64,000 nucleotides of DNA from Lingula anatina (Eukaryota; Animalia; Brachiopoda): contig CM120640.1 of NCBI GenBank assembly GCA_051362555.1, positions 17,484,001-17,548,000 on the forward strand. Reading direction: 5' to 3'. Both the position numbers and the translations under genes were made by a program. The notes beneath the pieces were generated by a model. That model searched no databases. It was not told the origin of the DNA and was given only the letters and a program-made list of their open reading frames with translations. Positions 1 through 12,847 of the stretch are shown piece after piece. Position 1 is the stretch's first letter. Each line of letters starts with the position of its first letter.

Positions 1-1358
1 GGTTGATATTGTTGAAATCATAGAGAGTGGAGAGTGGTTATTATTAGTCCTGCTCTGAATAGGAGAGTCTGAGCGTGAAGGTGTGGAGGAAGGGGTTTCT
101 GGAGATATCACCCTCTGATAATACAGTTCCATTCCAGGCGGGATATTCTGAAGACCCATCTGCTGCAGCTGTTGTTGTAGGTTGGGCAACTGTCCTGGCT
201 GCTGGGCTGGTTTACGCAGCTGACTCTGCTGTACGCCTTTCATAGGCTCTGACTGTATGTTAGTGTTAATTTGAGTGTGTACTGCTGTGGTGTATGTACC
301 CTGGGGTGCCGACCCCTGGGATGTAGGCCCCTGAGAGGGAGAAACAGGGGCTGTTGCTGTCTGTAACACTGGCTTTTGCACTTCTCGACTTTTGACTGAC
401 TGCATAAAGATTGGTGCCTGTTTGGCCCCCCATGCTTGCATGGGCACAGGTTTAGGGATCTGGGGGGCCTTGGAGACTGAGGTAGGGGTCTGAGCACCAG
501 AGCTAGGGGTACTACTGCCAGAGCTGGGCTCATAACTTTGTCTACTACTGCTGCTGTTATACTCTGGCAGAGTCTGCTCGCCAGGAACTTGTTGACCCAA
601 ACCAGGGATGGGACTTTGTCTACTGTTAGGCTGAGCTGGGCTAGTATATGGAGGGGGTGGCGCTGTATATTTAGTCTTGATCCCAGCACCACTACTGTAT
701 GCCCCCATTCCATTGTTCTGCTGACTACTTCCCAGATTAAGCCCTTGAAATTGTCTATTCAACTCCACCACCTGTTGCTGTGACAGCACCGGTTGTTGTC
801 TGTTTACTGTCATAGGACTCATTCCCCTGGGGGGTGTTACAGGGCCATTGCTCTGCCCCTGCACTGGCCTCATGTTAGTGGGGGTAGGGTGGCTCATTAA
901 TTTTATCATTTGTTGAACATGTCCAGGTGCGGCATATTGTTGTGACTGCAGATCAATGTCCTGTTGATGGAGTTGTTGCAACTGTTGCTGTTGCTGCTGT
1001 TGCTGAGCTGCTCTGAACTCAGCCCCTTTTGGGGGTGGAGGAGGTGGCAAACTCCCAGAGGTGGGTGGTGGAGGGGGTGGGGCCCTGTGCGTCCGAGGTG
1101 GTATTGGTGGTGGGGGTGTCTCCCTGCCGTTGTTGTATGTGTGGCCATTGGACACAGAGGTCACAGAGGATGGGGCATAACTGTTCTGCAAGATGGGTTT
1201 TGGTAACTCTGCAAAGAACTGTGCTCTGTTCATCTGTACATTGTGGATACCTGGACTTTCAGATCTGATGCTGGAGTTGTCAGAGACTGGACTGCCTTGT
1301 CTGTACTTTTCCTCAAAACTGGGCTTCCTTATCACTTTGTTACTGTAGCCCACTAGAC
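1..1358 (-). CDS. LATS1: LATS/Warts serine-threonine kinase, large Pro/Gln/Ser-rich coding exon 3 (runs off the window start)
   Basis: Acceptor tcttccag|GT at 1359/1358; phase 1 matches the previous exon. The frame reads LVGYSNKVIRKPSFEEKYRQGSP...PPPIPPRTHRAPPPPPPTSGSLPPPPPPK...QQQQQQQLQQLHQQ, typical of the low-complexity LATS N-terminal region. It is absent from the ORF track, consistent with no stop before the window edge. Probably the single invertebrate LATS1/2 orthologue. Confidence 0.85.
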
Positions 1359-2416
1359 CTGGAAGACAAATAAATAAATCATTAAGCCACTCCTTCCTTA
1401 CCACTACCAACCTCTCCTTTATATATTACAGAATACATTTTATGGAAACTGAAGAACCAATGCTTATTCAAATTTAGGGGGCCTCTTTATAGAAGTAAAC
1501 AAGAACAAGATGTACTGATCAAGTTATATGTACTCTGAGGCTGTGTTCATTCCAAAGTCAACTGCAAATTCAACAAAATTCATAACCCATTGACTAAAGG
1601 TGCAAGACCATGAAAATTCTTTCCATGACCTTTATTCAGTAGTCAGAACAAAGCCAAATGTTTCTGATGGGTCCCATACAAACAGCCTTCATTGAGGCTA
1701 GTAAGAAAAGCTTGTGTTTCTACAATGTCTGATTGGTTTGGTTTTAAGAATGCAACCATTATGACTGCTCCTTGGGCAGAACAAATAAGGAGGGGAAAAT
1801 GACGTTTTTGAATTAGTATCGTTTTAGTTGTGATCCTGCCACCTTGTGTCAACAAAGCTAAAAAGGTTGCTGCAGGTGGACTTGGTCCCCATTCAGGAGT
1901 GGTCTTTTGGCTAGTGTTTGAGGGGATAACCTTGTCACCACCTCCACTAGGGCCACTCTGCTAGAATAACATGGCACAGAAAGCCTGGGAGCAAGGGGGT
2001 GAGGGCCAAGACAGTTTCCCTAACTCACACGTAGAACTCTCCAACCTACCATAATACCTCTTAATACAGGGCTGTTATTGTAGGATGCAGTGGTTGTTGT
2101 GTTTTAGCTTGCCACTGATCACAGCTAGGTGAGAGAGTACTGCAAACATGTTTCACAACAGGGAAAAAGGGGTGAAATCAAATCTTCAGAACATAGTCCT
2201 GACACCATTTTATGCACATCTTTGTAATAACATGTAGGATGACCATGCACCAAAATACTGAAAAAAAACTTTTAAAGAGTAACATCACGGGTGTAAGCAG
2301 ACCTCTAAATAATCTTTCAGGAAGTCAATCATTATCATAAATCTTCCTAAATACAATTTCACCCTGCCTATTCATATCCTGAGTTGATAAAATTTTAACT
2401 TCTGGGTAAAACTTAC

Positions 2417-2525
2417 CAGCATTTTTGTGTATCCCATTCTTTACATCATGTCCTTTTAGCATGATTTCAATTGCACTTTCTATATTTCTGCTGCCACAGA
2501 GCTTCAGAGCCTTGGCTGCCAGGTC
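2417..2525 (-). CDS. LATS1: LATS/Warts kinase coding exon 2 (second half of UBA domain)
   Basis: ttttcag|GAC acceptor and G|GTAAGT donor. DLAAKALKLCGSRNIESAIEIMLK resembles the LATS1 UBA segment DMVIQALQKTNNRSIEAAIEFISK. 109 nt, phase 0 to phase 1. Confidence 0.9.
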
Positions 2526-5500
2526 CTGAAAAAGGATGCATTTAAATTTGTAAGTTGCTGCAAGATGTAAATCTACTGCATAAACACAAAACACTTAAAC
2601 TTTGTCACATGGAACAATCAATTGTTATTTGAGGAAAAAATAGTCTCTTGACATTCAAAAAGTTGATTGATCTTCCAAGATAAATGTCTAGTTCACCAAA
2701 GGCTTAAACTCTTTCCAATTCAATCAAGTCTCTTAAAAAAGCTATACTACATTATGATTGAAAAAAAAAATACTCCTGGATATCAGCATACCAAGCCCCT
2801 CCCTAATCTTTTTTCCCCTGTTACCTTTCTTTCATTGTTAATCACACAAAAACCAACATATTGCTATCTGTAGAACAGGTCTAATCTCCCTACATTCCTA
2901 AGCCATTCAGATTATTGTACTACATTCACATAAAAATAAAGGTATTATAGCAACATTGCATTATTCACCCCAACCAGCTATATAACCCTGACACAACCCC
3001 ATCTAACCACAGAGGCCCCCTTCCCTTGAGGACAAATTCCATGTAATTGCACTGACCCAAAAGGCCTACACATTCCAGGTCACGGAACAGTAGAACAACA
3101 ATGAAAAACAATCCACCTCTCCCTAATAAAACCACCGCAGGGCTTAAAATTCCAGTGAACTGATGGACATCAAGCACATACATTAGGATCTAAACTAAGG
3201 AGGTTTCCAGCTTTCCCCATTGGCATGGATGTCACATAAAACTGCCAAACAGGAATACATATGAATACTCACTTATGTCAACATGGGTAAAAATGCTAAA
3301 GGGTGCACATTTTATTCAAATATCCATCAAGGAACATATTTTACCAAAGTGCAATAATTTTAATTGGGTGCAAATTTCAACTCAGTTGCCCCTAGTTTTC
3401 TTGGAAGATATGTTAAGCCCATCGTTTAAATACTTTTAACATACATTGACAGCTCTGACATACCTTGATAACTATGATAACAAGTTTATATATGACACAT
3501 TAATAAAAGCGTAATCTGGTATTTTGCCTCAAGTCAATAATCTCAATTCTTTCATAATCTTAAAGGGGCTTTATATAGATAGCCTTAAACAGTTTACTAT
3601 CTTTAACCCTTATGACCATGGAAAGCTTAGAAGGTGGAGGAGGATGGGCAGGTCTTAATCCTACTGTGATTAAGTTGTAATAGACTATTATATATCTATC
3701 ACCATTTACAACTAATATTTCCAATACAGCCCAGATCTCTTTCATCATGACCAGGCCCTTGTACCATCAAACTATAAGTGACAACAAGAAATGTATTCCT
3801 CTCACAATAACCAGGTTATAACCTGGTTTGGTCAGCTTTTGGAAGGGCTGTTTGTTAAGTTATCTCAACCTGCTGATAAACCAAAGTCCTGGAATGCAGT
3901 CTATCACTTTATATATACATAACAAGAGTATCACAACAACAACAGCAGGACCAACACATATTCTGAAATACCAGGGCAATAAACTCTGCAAAGCAACCAG
4001 CCTTTTGTTTTAGTCTCTCAGCAATCCAGATGTAAACACTTGCTTATGATAGTGCTGCTTCTTTATTAAAACCCTGTTCTGCTCAATCTTGTTATCTAAA
4101 TTACATTACATTAATATTTTGCTATTTTTATTTTGGCATAATGTATGGTATCTAAGTATTCAGGAATGCCACAATTCATGTCTATATAATGTACAGTAGC
4201 AGCTCCCCAACATTCTTTGCTTAACATTCCATGATGGCTTCATCCTTGTAAACTTCTGAAAATGGCTCAATGAAACATCCAGTTTGACCAATATTACAGA
4301 AGACTTTAAGAGTGAGGATTTAGAAATATTTTAAAGGTATATCTTACTTTGATTGCTGTCACAGTTCATTTTTATGTCACACCACCCATCTAGACCCTTT
4401 TTGTGGAATAAATTTACCTTTATCCATGGTTTCAGAGAACATAGCCATAAGCATTATTCTTTGGCTCCCTGAATTGTATGTACACAATATAAAATGTCAT
4501 TCTAGACTGACTCCAGGTGGACTGCCTTCTGCTACTGTTGACCTCCTTAAAAAGGCTCCTTTCCATCTGTGCACCTTTGGGTACAAAGAGGAATTTTTTC
4601 CAGCAAAATCCAATTATGCCAAAAGATAAAGTTTCAATTGATTAACATTATTCAACTCACATATGTCATTTTATAAAACTGCACAACTTGATTTAAAAAA
4701 TATTGAAAATTGACATCAAAAGGGGCCTAGCTGACATAAGATCTGCACAGTCATTACATCTTTCAACCTCCTGTAACATCTGCTCTTATCCCTGCACTTA
4801 ACGGGCTCAATGTTAAGTACGATTTTCTTCCTCTTTTAGATGAGAAACTTTACAGTTTAACAGAGGGGAAATAATGTTTTAGAAGACAACCTCTGTGTAT
4901 TCCTCCTATGGTAAGAGATGGTGCTGGTAATGAACTATATTAATATCTAACAAAAATCAACAACTGCTCCTGAAATGTGTATAATGTTTAACAGGCAAAG
5001 TTTAACCAATTATTCCTAGCAGCTAGCACTGAAGTCAGCATATAAATGGTCAAAAAAATTTTTTTTAAAGTGTTGCCTGCTTCCTTAACCACAAATATGG
5101 TATTCAGCACTCAGCTAGCACCAGTGAGAAATGTACACAATGAAGCAGTAATGTAATCATGTCCTACATGCCAGCAGATGTCATTCCATTGTGAGCATGT
5201 CCATCTGTCTAGAGACACCTGCCCTTTATTCACATTAAGCACCATTGAATCCTCAAACCTGCCTGACCCTCTCAAATACTAACCAGCTGACCTGTACTAT
5301 TAAATAGGGGTGCCCATGGCTACATCTTTAAAGGGGCATTGGCTAGCCCCTGCATATTTTCATGACACTGTCAGTGGATTTATATTATGCCATCTATACT
5401 TCCAATTACTGCAATTGCAACCTTCTAAGAAATATATGGAAGTCTTATGACAATAATTTCACAATCGTAACACGAAACCATCTCACTGCCAGAGAATATA

Positions 5501-7802
5501 TGTCAAAGAGATATATTTCTAAACAAAAATAATTATCTTCCACAGATTTAAGAAGACAAAAGGGATGTACTTAGCATGAAATTTATCTTTTTCAGACATA
5601 AATGTTTTTTCCTTCTTAAAACAATAGCTTCATATTCTAGATTAATTCTAAATATATGGACTGCTCTAGAAAGCCATCTTCCCAGCATTCTTGCTTTATA
5701 AAACACAAGCTCTGGCTTTTGTACATTGTTATTGAATGTGTGTGTTCCAACTGTTGTTTTACATTACCAGGGTGAGAGCCAAGCTGAGTTAATCACCTTT
5801 TTACAGTTGTCTTTAAAAACAGTACTTCACAGCAGCTAACATGTGCACAAGGTGCTTCTGGTCAATGTGATATACTTCATGTGTGCATGTAAATTGGGAA
5901 CTATCCTCTTATCAATTCATACCAGCCTCAACATAAAAAATTCCTTCTTTTCAAACCAAAAAATACATTTTTTAAATTGTGTCAACCATACAACAAAAGC
6001 CTAAGCATGGCAAAGATGACCATAAACCAATTATTATTATTGTTTCAAAATTATAGAATTTTTAATAAGCCTGAATTACCATTATATTCCAAACTGAACA
6101 GTTTTATTTGTGACAGCCTCCCCCACCTATTTATCATTTCCCAATCCCAATTTATCACTGTTACCAATAGTGTGTGGATGGATAAGTGCACTGATCCTAG
6201 CACCTCATTTATCATTGCATCAGCCCAGCATTCCAATATCCCCTTCATGAATGCTTCATTGATTCAACTCTACTACAATGTCAACTATGCAGGTGTGCCA
6301 GTGTTTGTCATCAGACTTTTTCTTACTTTACAAGATCAATACCAGCTTTTGATAAGCTTTTCTAAAGAAGCATGCAATCAATAGCGCCATCCCGGAGCAC
6401 AACTTCAGACAACTCAACTTCTGACCGTGTTAGAATGGCATTAACTAAGACAATAAATAGCTTTGCTTCTTCACCTTTCTGTCTAAAGATTCCCTCAGAC
6501 ATTAAAGGTCACAGCGCTAGCCTGTGATAAACATCTACACAGCTCTACATTCCATTCTTCTTACAGAGGCAGCCTTTACTAACAGAAAAATCACCACTGA
6601 CTATCCCTGAGAAAAAGAGTAAAGTGGGGGAGGGGCAAATGTTAACTACCATTTCTTACTGTACTTTTTCTGAACTTTTCAATACTTAATGAAAAAATCA
6701 CTGGTTCTTCACAATTTTAATGGAATCAATCATGAAAATAATTTTATATGATAGCATCTTTCTCTGTTTCAATATTTACCATTTACACTTTTCACATTAT
6801 TCAGGTAGCACTTATTTTACATCCACTATGCAATCTTTAGAATGTCGCTGGTGAAAGGAAAAACATTTTGAACTAAAGTTAACTTTTGACAACAGGTCTT
6901 TGCAAATTTCTAGTACCATAATAAAATCATTCTTTGTGGGGAATCTTGAAACCGAATAACCTGGGTTGCCCAATCCTAATAAGAAGCAATCAATTTGTAC
7001 TGAGTTGACCAGGCTACCATAGGTCAGTTTACGTGTCCTGTCAGACCTGACCCCTGCCAAACACATGATAATGTCCAGATGGGAGTCTAGCATCAAGTCT
7101 AGAACTAAAATAAGGTGGGACTTCTGGAGTTTACATGGTATTAGCTTTTACCAGACACAGGCTTCCTGGTATGGTAAAGCTAATACCATGGCATACTAGT
7201 ACATAGTGGACAATATATGACTGCATGGCAAAATCTAATTGATGAACTGATACCACAAAATACATAACTGTAGTCGACAACTAGCATAAAAGAAGTCTAA
7301 TGAATAAAAGAGCCTGCACATTAACAAACTGCCCATCAAGCCTGCATCTGCCAAATGCTAAAGATGATTGGTGAAGTGTGACATGACCAGTGCCTCTGCA
7401 CCTTGCATAATTACGCAGGTGCATTTGCACTACCATAACATGTTAACATGCCCAGCCAACTTTTCCTTAGCATAATTTCTTGGCATTTCTACACTTTCTC
7501 TATCTGTTAGTAAGGTAATTCAAGTCACACATGCCGAAAACATTGACACATGGACTCGGAGGGGAGAGCATATTTTCAATTAAATCTGTAACCATTAACT
7601 TCAAGCATCAGCCAAACACAGAGATGTTACCTTGCCAAAATCATATTATCCATGATGTCCTGTCAGGCATGGGAGGCACATCATTTCATATTTTATTTAC
7701 TATCATGAAAAAACAGAAAATTTATACTTAAACAATATAACAAGAAGAGGGTGGGATCTTATTTTAGGTGAAAGTAAAATAAGAATTGGCTATACACTTT
7801 AC

Positions 7803-8189
7803 CTCATCATAACCCATCTTGACCAGATGTAACAGCATATGCCTGTTAACACTGTCTACATCCAACCCATTGCTACTGCTAGGACTGTTCCCTGCACTGG
7901 CAGAATCGCTATTCTGGAAAGGCTTTAAGCTATCCCTTATCTCCGCAAGAGCCTTTTGGTGATATCCCAATCTTCCTGCTTTGCCTACACCAATGCGGTC
8001 TGCAATATTGGATGTTGACTGACCAGCCTCTGGTGGCTTTATTTGCATAGGCTCTGGCTTCCCACCATCAGCTGGCTGGTTCTTACGCAGGTGGCTGAGA
8101 CTGTCGCGGATTTCATGAAGCATTTGCCGGTTATTACCGGTAAATGTAGATAGGAGTGGACGGCGTCCCCCCGCCTCCTTGCGTATCAT
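7803..8189 (-). CDS. LATS1: LATS/Warts kinase first coding exon (N-terminus and start of UBA domain)
   Basis: ATG at 8189, 129 codons, GAG|GTAAAG donor. Motifs RQMLHEIRDSLSHL, YHQKALAEIRDSLKPF and VNRHMLLHLVKMGYDE match LATS1 RQMLQEIRESLRNL, HHKALQEIRNSLLPF and VNPQMLQDLQAAGFDE. A likely acceptor (T10-cag) at 8399 would extend the exon as 5' UTR to 8398. Confidence 0.92.
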
Positions 8190-8399
8190 GTGTCCCGCAA
8201 TAATGTGCGACACAAAAACACTTTACATCCCCTTCAAATTTCATGTAAACACTGGTACTCTCTACACTGGTATTGAATTAAAGCGCATGGTGCAATCCAC
8301 AGATCATCACATTGTGGGATACTCCATTCAATGAAACCTTTAGGCCATGTGAAACTTAAATTGTGTTTCCTCTTCTAAGAGTAATCCCTGGAGGCTTTC

Positions 8400-11050
8400 T
8401 GAAAAAAAAAATCTTGAAATATATCAAATCTGGTAAACATTTTCGCCCACATTCTGTAACAATGTGAGCGACTCAAAACATTCATCGCCGTGTTCTATTA
8501 TTCACTGTAAGAATTATGGCATGTTTTCAGACTATCTCGGCGTCCTTCAATACAAAAGAAGTCATCATTTCTCTTTTAGCAATCACATCTTTTGGTAACC
8601 TTTATCTACTTCAATGATTAAAAATATAAAATCGCTAACGTTACACACTCGTCCTATCCGACTGTATCAAGACCCAGTCACAGATGATACACAGTGGCTT
8701 TGCTATGATCAATATCCAATTATAAATAACCTTGATAAGATTGTCAGCAACAAATATCCTGCGTCGAATCTCCTACTGTATATCTTAATTCCCGCAACTG
8801 AATCAAATGTTCGAATTTCTACGCTGCATGCAAAATACCCAATAATCAACAATCTATAGTCGTACTCGGCGTGGCAGCCATGTTTTCGTGACTCATCCAA
8901 CAATCGGTCAATGTTGACATACTTTCTTTGATTTAACTACTGTTTGAGGCCAAATCATGATGCCGATGACTGTGTTACATCGGCAATGGTTAAATGTGAA
9001 CAAAATTTAAAAATCTGCATTATATGACCAGGATACTTACATAAATTTGTTCATTAAATACAGCATACACTCGATGAATAGGACAACCGGAATGCCAATG
9101 ACTGACTGAGGTTAGGAGAATTCATATACTGATCAGAATGGAATGTGACGCATGAAATATTTAATTTACCCACTTTAGATATTGCAACAGAAATTTTGCT
9201 CCCAAAAGACTCAAATTAATTGATTTTGGTTATTCATGTACTTTTCAATATTTTGTTTTCATTTTTTATTATTACGCTAAATGAAATATCAATGAAAGAT
9301 AATGACGGTTCTCATTCATGTCTGCACTCTTCTGGTTGAAAAGGCCGAGATGATTGACAAATCTATGCATCTCGCTACGCCTATTTCGAGGCATTGTTGA
9401 CATTCCACAGTGATCACATGACCAGATAAATAAGAACTGAGTAAATAGAAGCCACGTGGGCATAGATTAATGGCAGGGTGCACAGAATGCATTTTACATA
9501 TCCATTGAGCATAGCAGGTACTCGGGGAAATTTTAACAACGTGTAATTATCGTGTTTAACAAATATGCGTGTTTCACACAATTATCACCACTTCCTTTCC
9601 TAATTTTATGACCCTGCATTTCCCAGTGGACATTTTTTAACAAAGCATATTGAAATAATCACGGCAGAACGAGACGCATATCCGCTTCGATAATGTACGT
9701 ACATCTACTGATCTCTCTGCAGACCTAGGGATGCCCAGGCCTTATAGGAATTAGGCCTACACATATAGGCCTATACCGGTATATATATAGGTTTATTTTG
9801 CCTCTAAAATAAAATAAAATAAAATAGGTGATAAATCAATTGAGAGATTAATTCTGACGGAATTCTTTCTTCATACTGATGCCTTTCATATAGGCCCTAC
9901 CACAGGTCGAACGAATAATTATTTTTCTAAGAGGGCAATATAGATCTTCGTCAACTCGGCCATTTCAAACTTTGATGTAGACCATACACGGGCTGTAAAT
10001 AATATTGTTTCTTCTAAAACCCACCTAAAGGCCTTGGTGAGCCTTAGCTATCTAGATTTCATGTACACCGTATGTCCAAATATTAAACCAAGATTACATG
10101 TAGATATTACATAAGACAAATGTCTTTTAAGTAGGTATACCAATAAGGACGATACAATTAAGGTTGTTGCTCAAAATAAAAGCTGGCTAGGTGTTTTCGA
10201 TGTCTGCGTAGACATACACTGTACAAGTATGCATCTGTTTAAAGTGTCTAGAAGCAAAAATGTTCACATCATTTTACCTTTAATGTTAAATAATGGGTGA
10301 AAGTAAAGTGAAATGGGATTATTGTGAAAAAAAAATACGTCTATACGCAGTATGCGATCTGATATGATGAGAAAAGACATCGTATTCATGCATATTGGGC
10401 ACCGTGCCTCTGGATTGATTTCCAGATTAGTAATTTTCTGAATATAAGAAGACGTTACTAAAATCTGTGGCGCTCAGGATTTATTTGACCCCTATTTCAC
10501 ACGATTCGGTATAATATCCGTACCGTATTTATAAAAAAACACGGTAGAAATTTTCGATTAAAACGTCGATGTTAGCCTACAATATAGGCTATATTTACAA
10601 ATACCTATGGTTATACTCTGGGGCACCTGCGGGACATACCGGTATGCTTGTATTTGAATATCCTTTGTGTTCATTTCGTTCTTTACTCTTGGGAACAAGA
10701 TAAACTGATTTAAGAATTATATGTTGTCGACTACTAACCATGTACCAATATACCGGTCTTAATTTGTTATATATATGTGTATCCCGAAATGTAAAAGCCA
10801 GTAAGCCTAGTTCATTTCGAAGTGCACGGCATGCTTTTGATTCACATCGTCTGGAATCTATATTCGTAAAGTACGATACATTTATCGGGGTAAAGAAATT
10901 TCGGGTTCACGCTGCTTTAACGCGAAAAGTCACGCGCCTCAAGGTGATCCAGGTTGCAGAGGTCGGCGAAGTTTGTTACTCAGTTTAATCAGGCGTAACA
11001 GATTGTAAAACACGTCGTATATTTGCGTTTGAGCACCGCATAGATTTAAG
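8400..11050 (-). promoter_or_regulatory. CpG-retaining putative promoter and non-coding first-exon region of the LATS gene
   Basis: CpG is frequent here but nearly absent in the LATS introns (1.4-7.7 kb). A strong minus-strand donor AT|GTAAGT at 9041/9040 could end a 5' UTR exon. The transcription start is not locatable by eye. Confidence 0.45.
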
Positions 11051-12132
11051 TACGAATAACAATATTACATACAAAATATTCAACTTATTTTCTTTAAATT
11101 CTAAGATAACGCAAATTACTGGTTATTTTTATTCAGAAGTTACCTTTATAATAAACTGAATTTACCATAAGTTTTTTTTTCAAAACATAATACTGGTTCC
11201 AGAGAAGAAACTTTTATTTTTGAAATCTTTTGGAAGAATACTGCATGAAGTCAGGTCATATTTTGTTCTAACACACTAAGTGGAGAGATGCTTAAAGAAA
11301 CTCCTGCGTGGAAATTGGCAAAATAACAGAGCCTACGTTGTAAAGGATTGATTGTCCCCTCTGACATTGAAAAGAACCAAGGTTAAAACTGAATATCTCA
11401 AAAGATGTGCAAATTCATTTGTCAATACTGGGATCAGAAGACAAAGGTCATATGAACTGGAAATATGATATACGATAATATATACTAGAATACAAACAAA
11501 ACTATTCTACAATTACCCCGAGTTTCAGAGGTCACTGTCAACTCACTGCCATTAATATGCTTGCATCTGCCGTCCCCAGTAAGAAATGATACTGGAAGTG
11601 GCAAAGGCATTTTGATTATATAGTACTGTTTTCAGTGACCTATAAATTCAGGGTGCGCGCCTTGCCCTTATACCGCAAAAAGGGGTCACTGCTCTACGTT
11701 TTTCTTTTGTTTCTTTATTTACAATTTCGACAACACGTGAGATATTTTGTCAGAATACGGTTTGTTTTATATTATAATTGGTAGGAGATGTTTAAAAAAT
11801 CGGTTTGATAAAAAAAATTACCAAGAAAACAGGTGGTACATAAAACTGATTTTGATGTCGGAAGAATGAATATAAAAAAAAGGATGGATCAAATTTAAAA
11901 GGAGAGATTTCCGTCAATGACGAACTTACTGAGTCTTCAATTAATTTTCATACATTGGTTGGAAAATTTTTAAGAACAAGTTTTCATCGACTAGCAAATA
12001 ATCATTTAAAATAGATTTTGGCTACAGAGTTACTTCAGCATTCTTTTCAAAATTAGATTATCTGCTTTTCTTTCCAATCATTAATTTTAAGTAGCACCAT
12101 GTTTCAAAAACAAAAAAGTGCAAATCACCTTA

Positions 12133-12260
12133 CCTCTACCAGGGTGGCAGATATTAAAGGAAAATTTTGAAAAATCCAGAGAATTAAATGACTGTCTATT
12201 TATCTAAAGATATATCTGTGAATATCTTGTGAAAAATCAATCTGTCGCCCTGGTAGAGGG
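12133..12260. mobile_element. Short MITE, TA-flanked (Tc1/mariner-like), same family as 39816-40258
   Basis: TIRs cctctaccagggtggcagat / atctgtcgccctggtagaggg with TA on both sides. Confidence 0.65.
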
Positions 12261-12847
12261 TACAAAACATCCACGGTAGGTAGAGCTCTTCAGTCGATTT
12301 CAATATGGAAAGCGGGGACCATGCATGGATCGGCAGGTCAAGAACCACCGATGATGTTATTATTATTATTATTATTATTCATTTATTCACATTGGAACCC
12401 TTTCACTTATAAAACCGCACTTCGCAATCGCTGGGCCTCTGCCTTTATTCAGGGTGAGGTAAAGATTGGAGGCATTGCAATTGGTCACCAACGTTATATA
12501 AAATTTAATCGGTCACGAGTGAATGGTATAATAAAGCTAATCTGAGCAGTGTATGAAATACCGATGTGATATACATTCAATACCACACTTTACAGAACTT
12601 GAACACATCCACCAGATGATCAGTACGATTTCAAAATAATCTATTCGTAAAATTTTTCTCTATTGATATGTAAATATTCCAGATATCCTCAGTCTTCGAC
12701 GTGTTTGTATATTGCCGCAGTAAATCATCCATCTTTTGCGTTTCTGTGCTTGCATCATAGACTTCCACGGCATTCACAATCATAGAGAATCCCAGAGTTG
12801 AGACGGTATTTCTGGCACACCTGGCGCAATTGTTAAGTCTCAACAAT

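Noticed and set aside
240-1268. ORFs 240-713, 538-783, 906-1148, 964-1206 and 1029-1268
   Set aside because: They are alternative-frame or antisense shadows of the low-complexity LATS exon, whose true frame runs off the window.
5977-6384. 135-aa + strand ORF in a LATS intron
   Set aside because: TTG start, intron-like composition and no recognisable domain.
10364-10441. ATGATGA...CTGA 78 nt apart, resembling a C/D snoRNA
   Set aside because: It is antisense to the neighbouring genes, has a weak terminal stem, and I could not recognise an rRNA guide.
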